Origin: a virus
Lineage: Duplodnaviria; Caudoviricetes
Virus record (IMG/VR): IMGVR_UViG_3300036762_000065
Span: 96,001-160,000 of that record
Length of the DNA: 64,000 bases
Reading direction: 5' to 3' (one strand)
The stretch's first letter is position 1; the number at the start of each line of letters is the position of its first letter. The position numbers and the translations under genes are program-made. A model generated the notes under the pieces. That model searched no databases and had not been told where the DNA came from. It worked only from the letters and a program-made list of their open reading frames with translations. Below are positions 27,813 to 36,299 of this stretch, piece after piece.

Positions 27813-28205
27813 ATGGGCGAAGTATTATCTAAATTCAAAGCTGCTAAGTTAAGTCCGTTTAAACGGTCTATTGATTTATGTGTGTCAACATTAAGTACTG
27901 ATGAAACTACTGTTTATGCTATTGGCGATAATACCATACCTAAATATAAAAGCGTTTGTGGTCTAACTATATCACCAACCGAATTTATACTAAGTAGTCC
28001 GCGAGGACCGCTAGCCGCTAAACTGATTGCGCAAAAACTATCACATAGACTAGGTAGGCTAAGGAAGGGTTTGAGTTCGGATTACAAATATGCCGGTATA
28101 ACTTACAAACAAGTCCGATTAACTGCAAATAGAGAGCTTATTCAAGTTGTATTCTCCATAATACTTAGTAGGTCGCCTTGCGTGTTAGCCGATTACTATA
28201 AGTAA
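27813..28205 (+). CDS. Hypothetical protein
   Basis: SD AAGGTGG; TGTAAAC upstream. Confidence 0.65.
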   Translation: MGEVLSKFKAAKLSPFKRSIDLCVSTLSTDETTVYAIGDNTIPKYKSVCGLTISPTEFILSSPRGPLAAKLIAQKLSHRLGRLRKGLSSDYKYAGITYKQVRLTANRELIQVVFSIILSRSPCVLADYYK

Positions 28206-28226
28206 TAATACACATTGAGGTTATGT

Positions 28227-28472
28227 ATGAAACGTATTATTCGAGGTATTATTTTATTCTTTCTGCCTGGATTAATTTTGATTAGATTAGTAAAGCAAGA
28301 GTCGCAGAGTATTCAACATAGTTTCTACATATTGTTATTGGTTCTTCTTGTGTACGCAGGTAGCACCGTAACATCTAGGATGTCAGATGTTATTTTAGTG
28401 TTGTTAGTAGACTATGTACTTTTAGCACTTGCTATATATAACCATGTTCAACATAATGGTTATATGGAGTGA
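28227..28472 (+). CDS. Small membrane protein (3 TM)
   Basis: Three hydrophobic segments; SD GAGG. Confidence 0.6.
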   Translation: MKRIIRGIILFFLPGLILIRLVKQESQSIQHSFYILLLVLLVYAGSTVTSRMSDVILVLLVDYVLLALAIYNHVQHNGYME

Positions 28473-28530
28473 AGTAAATAAAAACTGTAAATTAAACATG
28501 TTGTATAACAAACCACAAAAGGAAAATAAA

Positions 28531-28953
28531 ATGAAAGTAACAATTAATGCAGAAATGAAAAAGCACGTTGTCTCAACAATTAATGCTTTGTCTAAAGACA
28601 TACAAACTTTAGGTACTATTGCTAAAGCCACTGCACAGGACATTGCTATTGTTCAACAACAGACTGCGGAAAAAGTAGCAACAGTAAAACTAGCTGCACG
28701 TTTGGTTGATGATCTTCTGAAGTTGGCAGCAGGCGGGCGTCCGTCCACTGCCTTGCTTTCTTCCGGACTGATAACACTTGCAAATACCGAAGAACCTGCA
28801 AAGACTAAAAAAGCCAAGCCAAGTGCAGAGGTGAAAAAGTCAAGCGGTCGAAAAAGTGCAAAGAAGTCTGAAGGTTCTACTGCAAAGCGAGCGAAAACTA
28901 CAGGCACTAAAAAATCTCCTAAAGTAGACAGTACTAAGGCAGCTTCTGTGTAA
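28531..28953 (+). CDS. Histone-like protein with Lys-rich C-terminal tail
   Basis: Helical N-terminus plus KTKKAKP...KKSPK tail; ATG 28531 with SD AAGGA. Confidence 0.65.
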   Translation: MKVTINAEMKKHVVSTINALSKDIQTLGTIAKATAQDIAIVQQQTAEKVATVKLAARLVDDLLKLAAGGRPSTALLSSGLITLANTEEPAKTKKAKPSAEVKKSSGRKSAKKSEGSTAKRAKTTGTKKSPKVDSTKAASV

Positions 28954-28957
28954 TAGT

Positions 28958-28985
28958 AAAAAGGGCAGTACAATACTGCCCTTTT
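28958..28985 (+). terminator. Rho-independent terminator (possibly bidirectional)
   Basis: AAAAGGGCAGTA-CAA-TACTGCCCTTTT. Confidence 0.85.
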
Positions 28986-29002
28986 CTCTAAGGATAAACT
29001 AT

Positions 29003-29329
29003 ATGCTTAGATACATAGTTATTGAACTGAAAACAAAGGAATGGCAAAGAGAGGTACCTATAATTTTTCCTTGTGTTTTGAACGATAGGGAAATGTTTAG
29101 TATTATTCGTGAATTTTATGGACACCACAGTAGTGATGTTAAATGTGATATAGCGCGATCTTCCAGAACGTGTAAATGTGTTTCTGCAGGTTCTGTATAC
29201 ATACAAGACAGTACGTTTCATTGTAGCGGAGAAAGTGAAATATTAGGCTTAAGGTCTAGAGGAGATGTAGACGGTAGCTTACTTACCGACTACTGTAGAA
29301 GAAATGATATCGGATTTATAGGTAAATAA
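29003..29329 (+). CDS. Hypothetical phage protein
   Basis: PIIFP...VSAG....C.G.SE.LGL.SR pattern. Confidence 0.7.
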   Translation: MLRYIVIELKTKEWQREVPIIFPCVLNDREMFSIIREFYGHHSSDVKCDIARSSRTCKCVSAGSVYIQDSTFHCSGESEILGLRSRGDVDGSLLTDYCRRNDIGFIGK

Positions 29330-29330
29330 C

Positions 29331-29561
29331 ATGAATGTAACAAATTGGGACGGTGTTGAATATAGTTTAGATGATATTGAGAGCATGGTAAAGGATGCAC
29401 ACGATAACTGTGTGTGCATAAAAGACTATATTGACGGAGATAATGGTACCACTAATGCAATTATAATGTCCTTAATATCAATAATAAGGGAGTTAGAAAA
29501 ACAGAATGAAATTGATATCGAAGACCGAGTTCGACAATCTGAGAAACAACAGCAAGCATGA
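29331..29561 (+). CDS. Hypothetical protein
   Basis: Last ORF of the + strand block. Confidence 0.6.
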   Translation: MNVTNWDGVEYSLDDIESMVKDAHDNCVCIKDYIDGDNGTTNAIIMSLISIIRELEKQNEIDIEDRVRQSEKQQQA

Positions 29562-29635
29562 GTACGACACAAACGTTAGCGGCAATAAACACGTTGTAAA
29601 AATATTCAGCTATTGCTGTATTGACATCCTTAACG

Positions 29636-30151
29636 TCATAAGAAAGTAACGTTACCGAACAATCCTCCTATTGTAGGGAGTTCGGTAACGTTAACATGCT
29701 GCAAACACTCTGCTTTTTTCATGTATGCCCAATTCTTTGGCAACATTACCCTTTCTCCTCTTGAGTTCAGAAGTAACAGCATGAAGCGGTAGCCTTTCTT
29801 ATGGCAAGCTATTGCTTTTGCGCAAGTCATCGACCATCCTCGTTTCTTATTGTGAACGAGTCCTAGAGTATGTACTGATTTTACTTCAACAATCAATCTG
29901 GCCTTTGGAACATACATATCAGGGAAATAGTCCCTAAACTTTCCGCTATACTTATAACGTATCTTAAACACACCGTTTAGTTCACACTCACACTTTATAT
30001 CCTGAGGCATGAACTTCAATACTTCTGTAAGGTAAGTTAATGCCTGTCTTTCATACCCTTGAACAACTAGCTCTCGGCCATGGAAGTTGAAGGTGTGCTG
30101 TTTGAATTTCTTAAACTGCTTTTTCTTTCTATATGTACGCACACCTAACAT
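29636..30151 (-). CDS. PD-(D/E)XK endonuclease
   Basis: QGYE..AL, YFPDMY, IVEVKS catalytic motif. Confidence 0.75.
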   Translation of the reverse strand: MLGVRTYRKKKQFKKFKQHTFNFHGRELVVQGYERQALTYLTEVLKFMPQDIKCECELNGVFKIRYKYSGKFRDYFPDMYVPKARLIVEVKSVHTLGLVHNKKRGWSMTCAKAIACHKKGYRFMLLLLNSRGERVMLPKNWAYMKKAECLQHVNVTELPTIGGLFGNVTFL

Positions 30152-30154
30152 AAA

Positions 30155-30676
30155 TCACCCTATACTAAATGCTTGCTGTCTGTTGTTTGTATTGCTCCAG
30201 CTTATATGTACCCAACCACTAACAGGGTCATTTGCCTTAGCGAACTCCCTTATTAGCTGATCATACTTTAAGTTTTCTTTACACCAGTCAAATAGTCTAT
30301 CGTTATATACGCCAGATATTTCTATATCAGCAGCTTGGCCTAGAGGGTGGCTCTTGCGTTTAAAATAAATTGCCCAACTTACTTCATTTATCGGCATGTT
30401 TTGTTTTACGCACCAACGAGCGAAGCTGCTTCTAACGTTATCTTTATTCCAACAAATAACTTTTTCCAGTTCTTCTCCTCTGTACCAACTTTGAGGTCCG
30501 AAAGAGCCAAACTCTTTTCTTATAGGTTCTAGGCAATTGTTTGCAAGAGCACTTGCATTTTGGATAACAATATCATTCTTGACATCATTATCAATGTCCA
30601 TTCTGTCGGCAGTACTGCTACGTACAAGCTCATAGTAATAAAAGTTGTCTGATAGTTTTAATTTACGGTCGTACAT
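30155..30676 (-). CDS. Endolysin, peptidase M15 (Zn D-Ala-D-Ala/L-Ala-D-Glu peptidase fold)
   Basis: LSDNF...E..RS.TA, SWYR, SH..GQAAD, DQLI.E, WVHIS; adjacent to spanin and holin genes. Alternative start 30688. Confidence 0.88.
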   Translation of the reverse strand: MYDRKLKLSDNFYYYELVRSSTADRMDIDNDVKNDIVIQNASALANNCLEPIRKEFGSFGPQSWYRGEELEKVICWNKDNVRSSFARWCVKQNMPINEVSWAIYFKRKSHPLGQAADIEISGVYNDRLFDWCKENLKYDQLIREFAKANDPVSGWVHISWSNTNNRQQAFSIG

Positions 30677-30684
30677 AGTATGCC

Positions 30685-31155
30685 TCACAGTGTTACTATA
30701 CCTATAGTAAGTAGCAGAATAATGAATTCATAAAACATTGATCTATTATTGTGTGCCCACTCTTCATACCTACGTTGATTCTCTGCCTGTGCAAACTGCT
30801 GGGCAAGTATGTTAGCCTTTTGTTGTTCTAGTGTCACCATTTCTGCAATACTATTACGTTCTCGTATGAGTGCATTGTGTGCATCTACACCTTCCGCAAG
30901 TGCCTTAGTATTGGCATTTGCTGCTATAAAAACTTTCTTTAAATCATCAAGTCCGTCAGATGTATAAGCGGCGTAGGTAGTTCCATCTTTTTGAATTGCT
31001 ATAGCGTGAGGTTTGCTAGGAACTACAACAGCGTTTAATTCTACAAGTTCTAACTTAGGTATTTGTGTTATATCACTTACGGGAGGTTTTATAGGTGTTG
31101 GAGAACAACCTACAGTAAGAAAAATAAACAACAATAGAATGATTTTAGTTGACAT
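30685..31155 (-). CDS. Spanin lipoprotein (lipobox plus C-terminal TM)
   Basis: Signal peptide with LTVG-C lipobox, Pro-rich linker, coiled coil, C-terminal FIILLLTIGIVTL. Confidence 0.65.
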   Translation of the reverse strand: MSTKIILLLFIFLTVGCSPTPIKPPVSDITQIPKLELVELNAVVVPSKPHAIAIQKDGTTYAAYTSDGLDDLKKVFIAANANTKALAEGVDAHNALIRERNSIAEMVTLEQQKANILAQQFAQAENQRRYEEWAHNNRSMFYEFIILLLTIGIVTL

Positions 31156-31164
31156 GATGTATAC

Positions 31165-31527
31165 TCACTTAAGTGGGTTAGCATCCCGACGCGCTTCTCT
31201 TAAGGCTTGTTCCCGCAGTTCAAGTAGGCTAACTTCATCTTGGTCTGATCTAGGTGCTTTGTTGAATACGCTATCAATTATATAGCCTATAGCTGCGAAC
31301 TCTTGCGGGCTTGCGTTCGGGTTAAATAATATAAGGCTAAGATAACTAAACGCTCCTACACCAAGTGCTAGTTTAGTTCGCGCTTTATTTTCAAACAAGT
31401 AGCGTTTCCAGTGTATACCATCCGATATGCTTTTCTTAACTACGTGTATTCCGAATCCCATTGCTATATAAGCAAGAGACAGTATAAAAGTTTTAAACAT
31501 TGTTTGGTATTCAACTAAAAATTCCAT
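31165..31527 (-). CDS. Putative holin
   Basis: Two to three TM segments and a charged C-terminal tail, inside the lysis cassette. Confidence 0.55.
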   Translation of the reverse strand: MEFLVEYQTMFKTFILSLAYIAMGFGIHVVKKSISDGIHWKRYLFENKARTKLALGVGAFSYLSLILFNPNASPQEFAAIGYIIDSVFNKAPRSDQDEVSLLELREQALREARRDANPLK

Positions 31528-31540
31528 AATGTTCTCCGCA

Positions 31541-31906
31541 TCAACTTACATCATTATTCCAATCATTTATCTTTTTGGCAATATCATCGTCTTTGTTGTT
31601 ATCAACATTTTTTAGGCTTTGATTGCCGGACTCTAAGGCTTTTTCTGCTTTTTCTGCTTTTTCTGTATACTCAACACGATCTGCCTTAGCACTATCATCC
31701 AGGCGATCTACGGACCTGTCCAGGCGTTCTACGGCCGGGTCTGCGGTGTTAGTTTCGCTAGGTTTTGTACGTGTTATGAATACGTAGGCGACTATAAACA
31801 ACACTCCTATTGCACCGAACATCAGATACGCCTTCAACTTATTTGTTAGTGTGGTAGCGTCTTTAACATCTGCTTTGGCACTGTCTAAAGCATCATGTAA
31901 ATTCAT
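31541..31906 (-). CDS. Putative inner-membrane spanin (Rz-like)
   Basis: Single TM near the N-terminus followed by a periplasmic coiled coil. Confidence 0.55.
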   Translation of the reverse strand: MNLHDALDSAKADVKDATTLTNKLKAYLMFGAIGVLFIVAYVFITRTKPSETNTADPAVERLDRSVDRLDDSAKADRVEYTEKAEKAEKALESGNQSLKNVDNNKDDDIAKKINDWNNDVS

Positions 31907-32136
31907 AGGATATCCTTATGCTTAAGGTTTCTTTGTTTCATCTCTAAATCAGTAAGGTCACGCAATCGCAACAAGTCCTTACCGGATAGATCATGTAAAC
32001 ATATCGGGCCGAATACTCGTTTTTGCTTGCTGTCTATTTCAGCACAAGTAGAATGAGCTATGCCGATACCATTCAACGTTATAGGATTACCTATATCGGA
32101 ATTCAGAACAGGCTTGTTGCAGAATATACAACGCAT
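31903..32136 (-). CDS. DUF2175-like zinc-binding protein
   Basis: CIFC.KPV...G.GIAH..C...RVF...L.DL....L..L.DL...E...R. Confidence 0.55.
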   Translation of the reverse strand: MRCIFCNKPVLNSDIGNPITLNGIGIAHSTCAEIDSKQKRVFGPICLHDLSGKDLLRLRDLTDLEMKQRNLKHKDIL

Positions 32137-32138
32137 GT

Positions 32139-32354
32139 TTACATACCGTCTGTGTCTAAGTAGTCGTCTTGGATACCTATATTCTGCTTTCTCGCACTCA
32201 TCTTACGCACTCGCATAAGCTCCAGTCTAGCCTTGTCTTCTTTTTCCAATATCTTCGGCAAAAACAGATTCGCATCTGAGTTATTACTAAACTTATTAGA
32301 CTTCTTTTTGTTTTTACGTTTCTTCGCACATAGAGCTATTTCTATTTCTATCAT
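32139..32354 (-). CDS. Small basic protein with I-x-I-[SA]-[LI] leader (MIEIEIALC)
   Basis: Start at 32354 (SD AGGTG) is preferred over 32447, which overlaps the upstream gene. Confidence 0.6.
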   Translation of the reverse strand: MIEIEIALCAKKRKNKKKSNKFSNNSDANLFLPKILEKEDKARLELMRVRKMSARKQNIGIQDDYLDTDGM

Positions 32355-32361
32355 GATGCAC

Positions 32362-32706
32362 CTATTTAGAGAAGAAAGAAAATCGTTTCTTTTTGTCGGA
32401 TAAATTATTCCCGCAGTGTTTGCAAAATTTGGCATTAAACACAACACTGTTACACTTTGAGCATTTCTGTTTAAGATCCGGGTCTAGTCCGCTATATACA
32501 GCAAGAACATTCAATACCCTCAAACGTTGGCCGTCTGTGATGCGTTTTATATTATTTCCGAGCAAAAAACTGAGTTCATTTGAGTTGGTAAATTCTTGAT
32601 CTTTTACCAGTCTCTTACACTTATTTATAGCTTCCCTGTTTTTCTGTGTACGTGGTGTTTGTGTCAGTGTGTTTAAAAACTCAATTAAATGTTCGCATGT
32701 GGCCAT
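32362..32706 (-). CDS. Protein with C-terminal zinc ribbon
   Basis: CSKC...FCKHCG. Confidence 0.7.
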   Translation of the reverse strand: MATCEHLIEFLNTLTQTPRTQKNREAINKCKRLVKDQEFTNSNELSFLLGNNIKRITDGQRLRVLNVLAVYSGLDPDLKQKCSKCNSVVFNAKFCKHCGNNLSDKKKRFSFFSK

Positions 32707-32716
32707 TTCTTTTTAC

Positions 32717-33439
32717 CTATTTTTTATTTGCTAAGGCAGCTTCTGCCCACACTCTGTCAGGCATTTTAGCAGAGACCATAGCATCTCCCGTCTGCTTAAC
32801 AAATATGTCTAATGCGTCTTCTTCAGACATATCTGAAGTTATTTCGTTTTCTACAGGAGCAGCAGAGGCGAATGCTGCAATTTTAGCTCCGTGTATTAAT
32901 GCAGTATGTTCCGCAAGCCCTAGTCCTATACCCTTTGCTGCACTAGCAAGACCTGCACTTAACCCACCACTAATTGCCATTGGTCCTATCACCATAGCTT
33001 CGTGTATAGCCGCAGTTTTTAGTGCATGTTTTTCGTGACTTGTCATTTTCTTGCCGGTAGCTAGTTTCTTAATTCCTCTACCTGCATCTTGCCATTCTTT
33101 TACTTCATGCTTAATAGCTTTAACGATACCTTTAGAATTATCTTTAATCATTGAGCCAAATGTACGTCGTTCTTTGGACTCCGGTTTATGGCCACCTCTA
33201 CCGAAGAATTCTTTTTGGTCTTCGCTAAACTTATTCCAGTGTTTCTTAATGTGGTGACTCACTTGCACTTTAGCAACCGTGTCTTTGCCTTTTTCGGACT
33301 TTTTAGCTTTGTATGCCACTGCATATTTAGAGGTAGGGTACTTCTTAACATAAGCTTCTTGCCCTGCTTGATCCATTTCGTAGAACCAAGCACCTTCTTT
33401 AGTAACGGTCTTTGATAAGGAAATCTGTATAGGTATCAT
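32717..33439 (-). CDS. Basic protein with MIPIQISLS leader and Gly/Ala hydrophobic segment (candidate internal virion protein)
   Basis: Leader motif; W....Q..Y.KKYP.SKY motif; GGLSAGLASAAKGIGLG segment. Confidence 0.7.
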   Translation of the reverse strand: MIPIQISLSKTVTKEGAWFYEMDQAGQEAYVKKYPTSKYAVAYKAKKSEKGKDTVAKVQVSHHIKKHWNKFSEDQKEFFGRGGHKPESKERRTFGSMIKDNSKGIVKAIKHEVKEWQDAGRGIKKLATGKKMTSHEKHALKTAAIHEAMVIGPMAISGGLSAGLASAAKGIGLGLAEHTALIHGAKIAAFASAAPVENEITSDMSEEDALDIFVKQTGDAMVSAKMPDRVWAEAALANKK

Positions 33440-33448
33440 TTGTAGTTC

Positions 33449-34990
33449 CTATTTATTTCCTGTGAATTGCACATAAGTAAAGCAGCTATATTTTCCATGC
33501 TTTTCTTCTGGACATTCGCCTTTAAAACTTATAGTCAGTGAGTTTTCAAAGAATAGGCCGGGAGCACCTGCTTCTATATCTATTATCGGACTGACAATAT
33601 TTAAAATCTTCTTCTCGCCAAGTGTCATCTTAACATAATTGTCTTCTGTATTAGACTTGTGTTCGTGTGGGAAGTATCCTCCTATAACAGCACGCCATTG
33701 TTCTGTAGCTAATGCTGGTATGGTTATTTCAGTAACGTTACCGTCTATGACTATTTTAGCACTACCTTCTGCCCCTGCTACCAGAGCAGGAAACATAATA
33801 AGAGGTATAAACCCACCGTGCTCATTACACACTCTAAACAGATCAGTGTATGTATCTGCGTTGATACCAACACCTCCGTGTACGCCTCCGTATCTACGTA
33901 GTACTGTCATAAATCCATATTCTTTTAGAGGGTCGTCTGCACTGTAGATAGGAAATTCTAGGCCGTCTGACTTGACTACAACTACGTCATCTATACTCAC
34001 TCTGCTCATTGGCATTTTTGTAGGAAAACGTTTGTAGTTGTTAGGGATTACATACGCAGATTCTTTGTCTAGTCCTACGTCCAGTCCTTTCCCTGTTTTC
34101 CCTGTTATGAAGTTTAAAAATTTCAATTTAGCCCTCAATATAGTATCGTGCCTAGGACTCAAAGGTAGTACATGAGTACCATCCAACACCTCTAAATATG
34201 TAGAATTCTCTATAGTACAAGAGGCGTACTCGGCATGTTCTAAATTAACATCTGTGTCCCTAGTACCGTGTATTATTAAAGCAGGTGAGGTTATGTTTAT
34301 TAAAGGATATCCGTTAGCTTTTAATTCACGTAAATCATTCTCTACGCCTTTTTTGCGTAACTTAGGGTCCATGAGACTATTTGTAATACGTTTAAACAGA
34401 CTTAAACGTACAGGGTCTCGACACACGTTATAACTTAAATCCCGTATTTCCCTACTACTCAAACTACTTGTGCATTTCAGCATCATATAGATTCCGAACC
34501 TAGGAAACAGGCGCACAGACAACTTACTCATTAAAAAGTATATGTCGGATAAGGCAGGCTTGTACGTAAGCTTTCTACTTATGAAGTCATAGGGAACTTC
34601 ATACCGTTTACTAACACCGCTTTCTATTATAAGTCCTATACACCGCTCTGGATAAAGGGCTGCAAAGTGATATGCTATACCTGAGCCTGAACTTATAGCG
34701 TATATGATTGCCTTAGGAATGTCTAATTCGTCCATTAAACATTTCATCATAATAGCTTGCTTTCTAAAAGAGGAATTTTCGTCTGACAAAGGGGTTTGTC
34801 CATAACCAGGTCGCGACCAAGCTACCACACTACAAGCACACTTGTGCATTATATCGTTTAAGTAGGGTTCAATTTGATCATAACCGCCAGGAGTTCCGTG
34901 AATAGCAACTATACGAGGGCCGGAAGCTCCGTATGTTTTGTACTCAACTTCACCCAAGGCTGTATTAATAACACTACTTTTAATGTTCAT
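33449..34990 (-). CDS. Alpha/beta hydrolase fused to an unknown C-terminal domain of about 200 aa
   Basis: HGTPGG oxyanion motif, SRPGYG.T, nucleophile AISSG, HGTRD acid, GTH His. Confidence 0.85.
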   Translation of the reverse strand: MNIKSSVINTALGEVEYKTYGASGPRIVAIHGTPGGYDQIEPYLNDIMHKCACSVVAWSRPGYGQTPLSDENSSFRKQAIMMKCLMDELDIPKAIIYAISSGSGIAYHFAALYPERCIGLIIESGVSKRYEVPYDFISRKLTYKPALSDIYFLMSKLSVRLFPRFGIYMMLKCTSSLSSREIRDLSYNVCRDPVRLSLFKRITNSLMDPKLRKKGVENDLRELKANGYPLINITSPALIIHGTRDTDVNLEHAEYASCTIENSTYLEVLDGTHVLPLSPRHDTILRAKLKFLNFITGKTGKGLDVGLDKESAYVIPNNYKRFPTKMPMSRVSIDDVVVVKSDGLEFPIYSADDPLKEYGFMTVLRRYGGVHGGVGINADTYTDLFRVCNEHGGFIPLIMFPALVAGAEGSAKIVIDGNVTEITIPALATEQWRAVIGGYFPHEHKSNTEDNYVKMTLGEKKILNIVSPIIDIEAGAPGLFFENSLTISFKGECPEEKHGKYSCFTYVQFTGNK

Positions 34991-35042
34991 AAGACTCTAC
35001 CAGTACATGTTCAATGAGGCACTTAATACGTTCCATACGCGC

Positions 35043-35483
35043 CTATCGTGTAACTTTAAGTTTAATTACAGAATCTTCTTTAAAGACAAGAACATCCCCG
35101 TCTAAGTATCCTATAGCTCCTTCTATCTTTCCAACACGTTCTATCATTTCGGCATTAGTGTTTACTACAATAGGTACTTCTATACGTCCTGAGTTTATCG
35201 CGTTGTCAAGTCTACGTTGGTAACTTGCTTTACCTATACCTAGATAGTTCTCAACAAACCAGATGTGAGGGAAGCTGTCTCGAGGCATCAAAACAATAAC
35301 TACAGGAAGCCCGTTATCCCATCGTTGTGTTGATGTGAATACAGTAAATAACTCTTCGGACGAGAGCGTTTTGTTCTTATTAATGCTATTTACAATAGGC
35401 GGAGTGTCGTAAGGATCGGCATAACATATAGCACTTGCAGCAAGTGTAGTTACAAGCATTAACCCAACTATTGTTTTCATCAT
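35043..35483 (-). CDS. Small periplasmic-binding-protein-like protein (phosphate ABC SBP-like family)
   Basis: Signal peptide; LS..EL..VF....RWDNG, H..FV...LG, EMI..V....GAIGY. Confidence 0.7.
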   Translation of the reverse strand: MMKTIVGLMLVTTLAASAICYADPYDTPPIVNSINKNKTLSSEELFTVFTSTQRWDNGLPVVIVLMPRDSFPHIWFVENYLGIGKASYQRRLDNAINSGRIEVPIVVNTNAEMIERVGKIEGAIGYLDGDVLVFKEDSVIKLKVTR

Positions 35484-35492
35484 ACTCCCATG

Positions 35493-36272
35493 CTATCCGT
35501 CTGTTTGTTTCTTAGTATTAAGTAGGAGAGTTCTCAATTTATTTTCAATAAACTGCAATCTCTCATTCATCTCTGCCTTTTCTTGTATTTTTATTTTATC
35601 CAGTTCATTAAACTGTTCTCTTGACTTCTGTTCAAGTTCTTTCAACAGACCGCTTAATTCCCGTACCTTCAACTCTATCTCTTTGTACTTTAAAGCGTCC
35701 GTAGTTTTTAGCTCGCTTATGAGTTCTTCTATAGTTTCAATATTTTCCTTTGCCCTAGCCTCATCTTTAGTTACAACTTCCTTGACGAGGACTTCCATGC
35801 TTTTCACTATGTTTTTAGCTTCCTCTGCTTGAGCAGCATCAGTAGAACGTAAGTCTTCCACTTTAGCCTTAAGATTTTCAAAGCCGTTTTCTAGTGTATT
35901 AAGCTTAACGTACTCTGTCGCTACCACTCCACTAAAAGCTACTGCAAAAGCTACTGCTTTTCCTGTAGTAACTTTAGTGCCTTCTAACAAATCAGGCTGT
36001 TCAGATTCGGCCTTAGGTGCTTCTTGTCTTTGTACAGGAGACGGGTACGGAATACCTTGACTACTGTTATTATACTGCGGAGGTATATTATTAGGATTTT
36101 GACCTCGGCGCTGATCGTAATAAAAGTTTTGCTCGTAATATTCTGAATTGTACTCTCGCGGAGTATGTTCATTTCTTCTTTGTCTGGAAATATCGCGATT
36201 TTCATGAGGACTATCCATAGAATCATACGGATTTCCTATATCAAAAGGATCTCGAGGATTATTATCGGACAT
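35493..36272 (-). CDS. Membrane-anchored coiled-coil protein
   Basis: Disordered N-terminus, one TM (AVAFAVAFSGVVA), long coiled coil; TGTAAAC motif upstream. Confidence 0.7.
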   Translation of the reverse strand: MSDNNPRDPFDIGNPYDSMDSPHENRDISRQRRNEHTPREYNSEYYEQNFYYDQRRGQNPNNIPPQYNNSSQGIPYPSPVQRQEAPKAESEQPDLLEGTKVTTGKAVAFAVAFSGVVATEYVKLNTLENGFENLKAKVEDLRSTDAAQAEEAKNIVKSMEVLVKEVVTKDEARAKENIETIEELISELKTTDALKYKEIELKVRELSGLLKELEQKSREQFNELDKIKIQEKAEMNERLQFIENKLRTLLLNTKKQTDG

Positions 36273-36299
36273 TTTACTTCCTCAATATAGTTTACAATA

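Noticed and set aside
32355-32447. Longer start (32447) for the 32139 ORF
   Set aside because: It overlaps the upstream gene by 86 nt; ATG 32354 has an SD and begins right after the upstream stop.
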